A DNA stretch of 63,005 bases, filler included, from Rhabdomonas costata (lineage: Eukaryota), in the NCBI GenBank assembly GCA_019059605.1. It is 30 parts of 30 records of this genome, joined end to end, with 100 filler letters (N's around TTAATTAATTAA, not from the genome) between each part and the next. Parts side by side here need not be neighbours in the genome. Positions count along the whole stretch, not along the records: positions 52,596 to 54,597 come from JAHMHO010006534.1; positions 54,698 to 56,699 come from JAHMHO010006535.1; positions 56,800 to 58,801 come from JAHMHO010006536.1; positions 58,902 to 60,903 come from JAHMHO010006537.1; positions 61,004 to 63,005 come from JAHMHO010006538.1; 25 more parts are not named here. One strand, 5' to 3'. The notes under the pieces are model-generated. The model made no database searches. It saw only the letters and a program-made list of their open reading frames with translations, and was not told the DNA's origin. How positions within the stretch are numbered: position 1 is the first letter of the stretch; each line of letters opens with the position of its first letter. A program made the position numbers and the translations under genes. This document shows positions 52,669 through 63,005 of the stretch, piece after piece.

Positions 52669-54526
52669 ATGCGCCTGCTTCTTGCCATGCTGCTTTTTGT
52701 GGCGTCCTTCTGTTCCGTGGCCACGCAAACTGGTTCCTACCCCGTCCCGCTTTTCTCCTTGCATTTACACATCCACCTCCTCGTGCATACCTCTTCACCA
52801 ATTTTAGTCCTTCAGAAGCATTCAAATGCAGTTCATGGCCTGGAAGACTTTTGGAATCGGCGTACGGCGTGGGTCCAACCTACCTACGTACCTAGCTATC
52901 CACCTACAGACGATGTGACCTCACCAAAGATGAAACCCTGCTCACTGTCCCCATTCCCCATCCCATTCCGGCGCCTGCATTTTCAGATTGCCCCTTTGTG
53001 CTGTTCATGGGTTCGAAGTTCCGCCGTGACCAGGGGGTCCTGCACAATCAGCTGCCCGTATACAGGGACGACGTCGTCTGGTTCAACACGGTGCTGTCAT
53101 TTTATCTCTGCTATAACACTGTGACCTCGGGGTGGGCCATGGACCTTTACTGCAATGATAGCTCCACTGTGATGTACCAGAGCGAGGCCACCCAGGCCAG
53201 ACGCCCGTGGCTCGCGATGAATTGGAAGACCGGTGCCCAAGTTCAGCCGGTGTCCTACGTCATGCCCCCTACTTGTCGTGGTGTGCGAATACCTATCTGT
53301 GTGTCTTTGCGCCAGGACATCCCCAGCCGCCTTCAACCACTGTTACTAATGCCACGGCCGCCCTTCGCCCTTTGCACGCCTTCCTCAGACTGTGAGAACG
53401 TCACCTTCATGGATGCCACCTACTCCATGACATCGAATATGTCCCACAACCTGCCCGTGTACCTGTCCGAAACGGGGCAGTTCCTCTTCTACAACGCCCG
53501 ACCCGGGCACACGGGGTGGGCCTGCCACGGAGTACGAGGATAGCGATGAGGTGGTGGCGGAGAGCGAGGGCGGGGCTGTGGCGCGCCCATGGCTGGCCAC
53601 GGGGTGGAAGACGGGCAGCAAGCTTGCTCCTGCTGGGCAGCCGGTGCTGGGTCCAGTGTGCGGCGCTGGTGCGCCCTCTCTTCTGTCTTGCCGCCCCCTC
53701 CTCCCTTCCCCTGCAGTGCACCGCAGTCCCGCCGATGTACGCCATCACCCATTACATTCACACACAGACACACGTCTACCTCATTTCTGTGCACCGCACT
53801 TCCGCCAACCAGGGCCACCGCGAACTCCGCACGCACCTTGTCTGTCGATACGGGGGCTAGTACTTTTTTGTGTGGTTTTTCTGTCATTTTCTGCCGCTGA
53901 TTGGTGTGAAAGGGGAAGGACCGCCTGCCTTTGAACCCGCTCCTCAGACAGCGCATCTCAAGTAATTGACTGCCCTTTCATCGAAGTGCTTCAAAATACG
54001 CAGGAGTGAAAACGGAGTCCGTCATTGCCGCCAGCTCAAGGCTTGCAGTCCCACCGGAGTCCCTTCCGCCTTGCAACGTTTAGCAGCACAACCTTGAAAA
54101 AAGTCCCTTCCCTGGGCTTTGCGGAGGCCCACCCAGAAGGCCTAAAATCCAAGCCAATGCCACGTGCCCGTCTTTCGGACTCTCGTTGGCCTCAATTAAT
54201 GCTTCCTGTACCCACCCCCATTTTCTTAGACTGCCCGGTCCTCTCCTTCTTGCGCCAGAACAGAAAATTCTCCCGCATGCGCGATGTGTTGCACCATCAG
54301 CTGCCCGTGTACAGGCACAACCTCGCCGAAGCAAACTACGCGGCCTTTTATCTCTTCTACAACCCGGTGACCTCGGGGTGGGCCATGGACTCTCAGTGGA
54401 ATGACAGCTCCACTGTTATATACCAGAGCGAGAGCACCCAGGTGATCCGCCCGTGGCTGGCCATGAATTGGAAGACGGGCAGCCAAATTCTGCCGGTGGC
54501 GTACGCGGCGCCCCCGATCTGTCTTG
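52669..54526 (+). CDS. Secreted or surface protein with at least three tandem modules of about 95 aa, one per exon; module 2 is frameshifted
   Basis: A signal-peptide exon (52669-52732) is followed by phase-1 exons 52987-53280, 53389-53668 and 54230-54526. Each starts DC and contains LPVY, YN, GWA, RPWLA..WKTG and a terminal Cys. Confidence 0.85.
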
Positions 54527-56160
54527 GTGTGCGTCTGCACGCGCGGATCTGTTTGTGTATGGCAGTGCAAAGTTCTTGCACCCTTACCCCACACCCCNNN
54601 NNNNNNNNNNNNNNNNNNNNNNNNNNNNNNNNNNNNNNNNNTTAATTAATTAANNNNNNNNNNNNNNNNNNNNNNNNNNNNNNNNNNNNNNNNNNNNGGG
54701 TTGTGGGCGCAACCATGTCATGATCCCCCCCCCTCATGACAAAACGCTAAATGTCTGTCTTTAGGTGGCGATGCACATCTCCGTGGGCACAAATAGAAGA
54801 TTTTGCGACGGGTTAGGTGGCGACGCGCGTTCCCCTGGAATGTCTGTCTTCCGCCGACCTGCGGAGATCCTTGGGGTTGTCTTTTCGTGCATTCTGCTTC
54901 CGGGAGGCGAGGGAGGAAAAACAATTCACCAAAAGCGCGGAGCTGCAAATTGTTGCTTAATGTTGCTGAGCAACCCTGAGGGTGTGATTTGATTCTCTCA
55001 TTCTCTTGGACGGTGCCTGTGTGCTTGTATTATTTTGGAAGTAAAGATATTGGTGTGTTTGTTCGGATCATTTCTGGAGCCAGGGCCACTGAGCGCGCGC
55101 CAGCGGGGCGCTGATTCCCTCCGGGACGACCGGAGGAGACGTCAAGTCTCCCGTGGTTGAACTGAAGAACCACTGTTTTATTACAGGCGATGCTGACAAG
55201 TTTGGATCAGCCCGTTGATCCCGCCGATGCCACCCCAGACTTCTCTGCCCTGGACTACATGGACCTAATGAACTTTGAGCCGGATGCAGTGTGATGCCCC
55301 AGATGTCCCAAGGCATCTGCCACCTTCCTCTGTATTGGCTGCAGATGGCCTCCGTGTCAAGCTCAGCATGGGAATGGATTCCTCTTGTCTCGTTGTTGCT
55401 GGCACTTTGATGCACCTCAGTGTCGTTGCATGTCTTTGAGCTCCCCCGAGGATGGGGAGCATTCATCTGATATTAAGGCAAGCGGGGAACAAGGAGCAAG
55501 GGATGTGTCCCGTGAAACCTCGCTGAAAAATGTTTCAGACCCAAACTTGATTTACTGAGGATCACTGAGGAGTGAATCTTTGGTTCCCAGCGAGAATTTT
55601 CGAACCCTGGAGGGTTGTGAATCGTGTTGTTTATGGGACTTGCAGTGTGCGCAGCAGCTCTTCAACTCTGAACTTCAAGCACAGCGCTGAGCTTGAGTTC
55701 CGACCTGAACCTCCCTTCCCTTCACCAAAAGCTGCCCCTCACAAAATCCGCAGCTCGCCTCAATAAATCATCGCAAGCATGGACGCTCTCGTAAAAATGG
55801 CGCCTTCGGCGCAGAAAACACTTTACACTATTCCATGTCTAACTTTCTGAGCCTATCACCCTGAAAACTTTCCGGTTTCATTTTAAATCATGTGCCCAGA
55901 TAAAGCATTAATGCGGTTTAAAAATGTTCGGAATGGTAAAATCGTCACATAGCATCTTATGAGTTTTCGAGTGTAATTACCTTGTCTATCTCGCGGTCTT
56001 CTCGCGCACTTCCCTTGGGTTGTTTTTGACTGACTTTCTCTACTCACGTAGCAAGTTGCAGCGCATCTTTACTCAGCCGTTTTTCGGGGTGATTGGAATT
56101 AGTGCTCCCACCGAGCTTCTGTCGTGCTCTGAGTTGCACCATCACTTGTTATGCACGCCC

Positions 56161-56355
56161 ATGAACCGAGAACAAGAGCAGCAGCTGCAGCGGCAGCAAC
56201 TGCGGCCGAGGGAGTTGCTGCTGGACTGCCTGCGCCGCCAGCTGGCTGAGGTGCAAGCTCTGTGCGCAATATTCAGTGAAGACGGGGAGGTGGTCCCCGA
56301 GCGCTTTGCCGTGGACTTGTTGACCGCAGTGGTGCTGTCATGTGAGGAGCAGCAG
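56161..56355 (+). CDS. RWD-domain protein (RWDD2-like), first exon
   Basis: LRRQLAEVQALCAIFSEDGEV matches the RWD first helix (Q..E.eaL.aIf). Donor cag|gtgttt. Confidence 0.55.
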
Positions 56356-56799
56356 GTGTTTGCATTGGATCAGTCAATCACACAGACCCGTGACTGAACT
56401 CGGCTGTTCTCGGGCGTGTAACCTGTCACGCCAAACTTGCCCACCAGAAAATTATGCGTTCAGGTTAAAAGAAAATGCTGTTGTTCCTGGGGCATTCACT
56501 GGATCCTTCTATTTCCCACCAGTATCCATATCCTCAAGGCTTCAGCAAAGCTTCCGCGCTCCCACCAACGCCCTTCCGAACAAAAAAAAAGTGCGGGCCA
56601 CCAGCTGAAGTCCACCAGCATATGTGCAAACTTCCGCCTGCCTGCAATATCCCGATGCTGAAGAGAAGTCCCCCCAACCCCCCAAAAAACACCCAAAACN
56701 NNNNNNNNNNNNNNNNNNNNNNNNNNNNNNNNNNNNNNNNNNNTTAATTAATTAANNNNNNNNNNNNNNNNNNNNNNNNNNNNNNNNNNNNNNNNNNNN

Positions 56800-57575
56800 T
56801 CTCTCCACTATTTGCACCTTTGTTGACCTCAGCCTTGCTCTGCAGCAGCAGCTCTGCAATGTCGCGGTGGCCTTTCTGGCAAGCAATAAAAAGTGGTGTG
56901 GTTCCTTCTGCGTCCGCGAAGTTCACATCGGCCTCGCTGTGCAGCAGCAGCTCCGCAATGTCGCGGTGGCCCATTTGGGAGGCAATATACAGAGGCGTGT
57001 TCCCTCCTTTGTCTGCCAGGTTGACATCAGCCCTGCCATGTAGCAGAAGCTCCGCAATGTCGCAATGGGCATTTTGGTAGGCAATCCAAAGAGGAGTGGT
57101 CCCATCCTTGTCCGCGAGATTTACGTCCGCCCGGTTGTGCAGCAGCAGCTTTGCAATGTCGCAATGGGCATTTTGGCAGGCAAGCCAAAGAGGAGTGGTC
57201 ACATCCTTGTCTGCGAGATTCACGTCGGCCTGGTTATGCAGCAGCAGTTCTGCAACGTTGCGGTGGCCCTTTTGGCAAGAATTGTAAAGAGGTGTGACAC
57301 CCTCCTTGTCTGCGAGGTTTACGTCGGCATGCCAGTGAAGCAGAAGCATCGCAATATTGCGGTGGCCCTTTTGGCAGGCAACCCAAAGAGGCGTGGCCCC
57401 ATCTTCACCCCACAGGTTCACCTCAGCCCTGTTAAGCAGCAGAAGCTCCGCGGTCTCGAGGTGGCCATTTGCACAGGCAGTGAACAGAGGTGTAAACGCG
57501 AGCTTGTTAGCCATATTGACGCTCGCACGAAAGCTGCAGAGAACTTTCGCGGCTGCGGTGTGCCCGTATCGCGGG
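56800..57575 (-). CDS. Ankyrin repeat array (7 complete repeats plus a partial one, 99-nt units)
   Basis: Repeated G.TPL..ACQ.GH.DIAELLL...ADVN.AD units, open to the contig edge. Confidence 0.97.
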
Positions 57576-58801
57576 CTGGCAGCACACCAGTTGCACAACC
57601 GACGCGTTCTCTGGCACACTGACCGCCACGTGCAACACCGTAACCCCGTCCCCGCCCTTGAAGTTGCTCTGCAGCGGTTCGTACATCGCATCGCCCACGC
57701 AAAACTCGATCAACTTGGGATTCCGCTGCTGCTCTTCCGCCGTCAGCGCCCACGGCAGATCCATGTACAGCACCAAAACAACCTCTTCCAATGAAATGAT
57801 GTCCACGTTGCTGAGGTCGCACTCCATCGCCTCCTCCAGGAGCTTCTTCACTCCGTGGTGGGCCTTTCCCATCACTCGGAACTGGCTACCGCATGGCATC
57901 AGGACCTCCTCCTCTTCCTGGAAAACGGAGTACTCTGAGATCAGGCGGCCCGTCTGAGAGCCGATCGTGTACACAGTGCCTGAGGGAGGCGCCAGGGCGT
58001 TGTCCTGCTTCAGGAATTCCCGCACCACCTTCGCCGACTTTGAGGTGCTGCTCGGCTGAGGGTAGAAATCGGAGCTGAACACCCCAACCTCAGTCAGATG
58101 CTACATCTCACAAAAAGAAATCTCAATGAATTCCTCCCTCACTCGTTTTGCCACACTTCCTCTTAAAGATCCTCCTCCTCTTATTCTCATTATCTCCCCT
58201 TTTCCTCAAATGCCTCTCCTTTCATAAGATAGCCGGCCTTGTGTTGTTTTGTTGTAAGTTGCTTTGTTTCTTCTGCGAAACCCAGAACATTATTTGTTCG
58301 AGAAACATTCATTTTTTTGGGAATGAAGGGAAAACGCTGCAGGATCATATTATTAACTCTTCAAATCACCCTGTTCCCACTGCAAGACAATCATCACCGC
58401 TTGACCACATGCAAGAGCGATTCTTCAAGCGAAACTGCCGTTCTGTCACCCAATGCAACACACACCATTTTACGAAATCCCCCATTGCCACGGTTATTCC
58501 TGAGCAATAGCAATACACACTGCACTCAAACCACCTCACAGCCCGACCTCCGGCGAGTTCGAGCAAAGGGTGTGACCCTCCCCAAATTATCGAAATTGCG
58601 GATGATAATGGTCCCGATGGGCAAAACACAAAAAGTCACGCGCCTGATTCCAGGTTATCACCGCACCCACAGGGAAAAGACTGGACGACGGCTTGAAGTT
58701 GACCGCCCGGTATACCATGCCCTGGTACTTCGGCAGCCCCTGCAGCTCGGAGTGCAGCAGAGTGGCGAACGGCTTCCACGGAGCAAATGCCTCCACCCCC
58801 C
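57576..58801 (-). CDS. NAD-dependent mono-ADP-ribosyltransferase domain (ARTC, R-S-E clade)
   Basis: Exons 58801-58644 and 58055 downward encode VYRA (R), ITWNQ|PSSTS (STS) and GRLISEYSVFQEEEEVLMPCGSQFRV (ExE). Confidence 0.9.
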
Positions 58802-59820
58802 NNNNNNNNNNNNNNNNNNNNNNNNNNNNNNNNNNNNNNNNNNNNTTAATTAATTAANNNNNNNNNNNNNNNNNNNNNNNNNNNNNNNNNNNNNNNNNNN
58901 NGTTGGGGTGGTTGATGAAGATCACGAAATAGTGGCCTGCATGTGCACTTGAACTTAGCAAGTCACATTTCTCCCAGGTGGCAGCGAAATGAAGTTGGTT
59001 CAATTGAGTTGGCGGATGACCTGACCATGACTTCTCCCAAACTGATCTTTGGCGTTTGTTGGTCGCAGATTTCCGCCAATTGATCTGAGCGCTGACTTGT
59101 AGCTTTGCAACACTTCCAGTTCTTGCCTCATTTAGCACTTGATGTGGTCAGGGTCATCTGCGGTCATCTGTTCTGTTTGGTCATCTGGTAATCTGTTCGC
59201 GAATACACTGGATTTCGCACAACTTGTCGAGCGATTTACGAAAGTTTTCACCCAATTGTGCTAACTTCGCCTCTCGACTGTGGGAAGCCACATCGAGTTC
59301 CTTATGACAGCATTGCTCATCTCACTTCGAAAAGGCTCCTGCCATGAAAAAGGAAGTAACCGTGGAGAGTATCTGCAAAAAAAGATGGGCAGAGGCTCTT
59401 TTCTCTCTTATCTTAAATTTACTCATTTTTCACGTTGAGGTTAGTAGTTGCAACTAATTGCATGCATTAACATCTTTAATTCTCGTCGAAAACAGTCATG
59501 CAGTCACGGTTAAAAAGTCTCCATTCACCACTCGGTGTAAGCACCAACCCTTCCAGCACTCACCAGCACTTCACACAACCGGTAAGAATAGGATATGAGC
59601 TGTTATTCCTGCGGGACTACACAAGGGCTCGAATACCTTAGATTATGGACTCATTTTGAGGACGGTACGATTCAGAGAGTTGTCCGTTTTAAGGTTTTGG
59701 AGATTAAATGGAGTTAAATGGAGTTAAATGAAGGGACATGGAGCTAAAGGTGTGGATAATTTCGGGCACCGCTCTTAGATTTGGGAAGTTGAGTTTCAGG
59801 CTTGTCACCTCCTTCCGCAG

Positions 59821-60110
59821 CTGCCGCGCATCGGAGGTCCTTCTCCATGGGCGGCGGCGTGCCCTCATCATCGGCGCCGGTGCATGCCTCAGCAGCACCA
59901 CCACCACCGCCATCTTCCGCGGGTCTTCTGCTGCCGTCCACCTCCGCTGCTATGGCCCTCGCTCCCCACACCGGGGTGGTCACAACAGGCCACCTTCCCA
60001 GTGCAATGGAGGGCTCTCAGGCAGTCGCGGTTGCTGCCCCCAGGGTAGTCAATGGCCCGTCAGGGACGCTTAGGGTGGTACGACGGAGGCTACGAGATGG
60101 CACGGAAATG
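59821..60110 (+). CDS. Low-complexity Ala/Pro/Ser-rich internal exon of an unknown protein
   Basis: ccttccgcag acceptor, open frame, donor atg|gtacc. Confidence 0.5.
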
Positions 60111-61771
60111 GTACCCCTTTTCCTTCCGTGTAGTTTTGCCCGCGCCACCAGCATGCCAATGTCCACTGCAGCACACTGTCATTTGTAAGGGAAAGCCGAT
60201 TTCTTTTGGAGTATAATCCCCAATAGGTCTCACTTTGAAGATTTGAACAGGTTTGTCCGGATTTGGTTTTGATTAAGGCTTTGATTTGTACAGCTTGGTT
60301 TTTGGTTCCAGGTTGTGTGGAGTGTGTTTTCCTGACCATGACTTTTTGAACGTGTCTTAACCTCACTTTGAGGTGCCATGGCTGATTTCCGCAGAATTTT
60401 AGGTTCAGCTGTTACTTACAGTTTAATCTGACCCCCGCCATACAAGACCACCAGGGCTGATGTGATGATGAATATATTAAATAGAAAAGATGAAAAAAAA
60501 ATTGACTCGAACCGGAATAGTTTGGGCTCCTTTTTTATAGCTTTTTTTTTTGCGCTCTTTTTGCCTTTTTGTCCACAGCTGAGACAGTCGATAACTATCT
60601 GTGGAACTACTGTGGAACAAACGAAAATCTGATTGTATTCAAGGGCCAGAGTTTTGGTTCTTAGATGTGTAAAGCTCATTTCCACACCGGATATATGCTT
60701 TCCAAACCACACCGTAAACTGAGAGCGCATCTTTTATAACCATTTTACGGCGTGAGGACAGAGATAACGACAAACAGCCCGTCGAACACGCCGCAAACCT
60801 GTTCATTGTGTTTTCATGGGCTTGGTCGCCCTGAAAACTGAGAAATTACGATGTACCCTTGTGAATATAAGCCCAACACCCCCCAAACACACCCACCCAC
60901 ACCNNNNNNNNNNNNNNNNNNNNNNNNNNNNNNNNNNNNNNNNNNNNTTAATTAATTAANNNNNNNNNNNNNNNNNNNNNNNNNNNNNNNNNNNNNNNNN
61001 NNNTGTGTTGTTTTATGTTATTGAAGAAACTACTTTTTTCTGAGGTCACGCCCATAGCCCGTATCTCGCGGATGGTTTCTGTCGCAGTGGTGGAACCGTC
61101 ACTGTTCCGCACGACGCTGCGGCGATTGAGGCTCTGCGGGAGGTTCGCCGGGGATGCTCTATTGCTGAGGGCACTCCGATTTGCCTTGAGGAGTTTGTAG
61201 AGGTCGCCCGAGTACTGTCCGGCTTGCGCCGCGGAGACTCTGGGCAAAGCGAGCAGAAGGTGGGCCATCACTGCTTTCATCGTTTTCTCCTTTTCGCTGA
61301 AATTGCATGAAATTGCTTTCAATTTTCTTTTTGTCCATAAGTAAATTAAATAAAAGTGTTCACAAACCGTGATGAAGATATTCGGGTGTGTGATGAATGT
61401 GTTATGTTCCTGTGGGAGTCGCGATACTCCATCGCACGTGCATCGTCACCTAACCCCCTGCTTTTGAATTAACTAGCGTGCGCCGAGGGGTGCAGCATCC
61501 TTGCTCCTGCACAAGGGGCAGTACCGAGGCAAGAACCTCTTGTGTTCTTTCTACTGGTCCTTCATGTCCTTTCTGTCGCTTACTGGCATCCATGACAACC
61601 ATACAACTCTACTGTTTCAGTGGATCATTCGGGACATTTGGGGCTTGCTTTGTTCCATCGTTTCCAAAATACTTTCTTGAACCCGCCGCGAACCTTCCGG
61701 CAATGCTCACATCCACCTTAGCGGACATAGACTCAGGTATCTGGTATTCTGACCACCAATCCCTCACGCAG

Positions 61772-62150
61772 GTTCTGCGGCAGGAGGCGTCAGAATCTTC
61801 CCGAGTGGTGGCCATGCTCAAGGGTTTCTGCGCACGCCGACAGGGCGAGTCTGACGAGGTGTACTTTATCCCCTGGTTGTTTTGTTCCTCACCTCTGATA
61901 CCACTGACGCTTAAACAGTGCATCCATGCACATGCAATCCTAAAGCTTGAGTGGTTTTACTTCACAGCTGTTTTCCACGATGAAACCCACCACAAAGCTG
62001 ATCCTGGTGGTGGCTGTGATGAGCCTGGTGATGTGCCTGGCTGTGGCCGGGACTGCCATTGGACTGAACTTCGACGGAGCTATTCGCCGCCAAAAGGACA
62101 CTCTGCAGAAGGAGCTGAGCCTGGTGCTGAACGCCGTGGAGAGCTTTACT
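61772..62150 (+). CDS. Membrane sensor-like protein fragment (N-terminal TM helix followed by an amphipathic helix)
   Basis: Exons 61772-61858 and 61968-62150 (phase 0) encode KPTTKLILVVAVMSLVMCLAVAGTAIGLNFDGAIRRQKDTLQKELSLVLNAVESF. Confidence 0.5.
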
Positions 62151-63005
62151 GTGGGGCAATCTCGGCAGCGAGTGGTTTGTACGAGTGGTTTTTGTGATCT
62201 GTCGACAAGAAGCTACGGCCCGTTTTGAAGCCAGCTGTCAAGCGGTAGAACGCTCTGGACCTTCCACAAAAAGATCCCACTGGTCAACTTCCCCAAAATG
62301 ATGTCAATCCATCCGCACAAATTAGTGTGTGTATGCACGATTATGCTTTGTCTCAGGCCACTGAAAAAACGTGGTGTCAATGGACAGTTATCACAGTTAG
62401 ACACCATTCACCTCATCCTCAATCTTTAGTGCACTTCAGTGTTGCTGCAAGAAGTAGAAATATGGTGTTAAGTAGCACACGACTGGGCTCAGTCAACGCC
62501 GCAAGTCATCAACCGCCACATGCTTCACCATGCGTATTTTCCCTGAGACCAAGTCGCTCGCCAAAACACTAACACTGCTAACACTCCAGCTCGCGGTCTT
62601 GATGCCGTTCACTCCAATGTGCACTGTATATAGTGTTTTACCGGTGGGCAATCTTGGCATATACCAAGCTCTGCCACACATACAGGAAGTTGTGTGACTG
62701 TCTGAGTGGTTGCTATTTCCGCGTTTGTGGTGTCCATTGGTACCATCTGAGTTTAACATTTGGGCTGCAACTATATGTCACTTGTCCTTTGCGGGGAGCG
62801 CGTTGGCCGACAAAGCGCCCGGTAGAATTTCCGGCGATTCTCCGGCTGTGTGCACCCCCTCCCCTCTCACTCACTCACTTTCTCTCCCGTAAATGTGGAG
62901 CGCAGCGGAGCGGCCCATGGCATTGAGGAAAAGACGTGGGGGACACCTGACCCCGCCCTACTACAGTGTAGTAATCTGGAGGAGCGTACATTGCCACAAA
63001 CCCCC

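Noticed and set aside
55841..55851. AACTTTCTGAG resembling the start of the Euglena spliced leader
   Set aside because: The match is only about 11 nt, and there is no T-tract or G|GT donor at the expected distance.
1..63005. Prokaryotic operons, defence islands, tRNA/rRNA genes, CRISPR arrays
   Set aside because: None is recognisable. The recognisable genes are eukaryotic and mostly spliced, and most listed ORFs are spurious.

Overview
This window is not one locus. It is 30 unrelated contigs of about 2.0 kb joined by an artificial 100-nt spacer (44 N + TTAATTAATTAA + 44 N), so synteny across spacers means nothing. The DNA is the nuclear genome of an intron-rich flagellated eukaryote. It has GC3-rich exons and GT-AG introns with polypyrimidine acceptors, plus one strong and one weaker GC-AG candidate. 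The gene content suggests a euglenozoan (euglenid/diplonemid-like); this is inference. G/T-only contig starts, A/C-only contig ends and terminal fold-backs point to whole-genome amplification of one or a few cells. Recognisable gene fragments, most rebuilt by manual splicing: CHR chromate transporter, a CTP synthase with altered active-site motifs, a possible AMP deaminase, a WW-domain protein, a vWA protein, an axonemal dynein heavy chain N-terminus, a gamma-tubulin complex component C-terminus, several receptor-type class III cyclase parts, a SURP protein, a 28-aa LRR protein, a tandem-RRM protein, an RWD protein, a secreted protein built from one-exon repeats of an unrecognised module of about 95 aa, and an R-S-E type ADP-ribosyltransferase followed by ankyrin repeats. 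I found no rRNA, tRNA, CRISPR array or intact mobile element. All family calls rest on motif recognition by eye, not on database searches.
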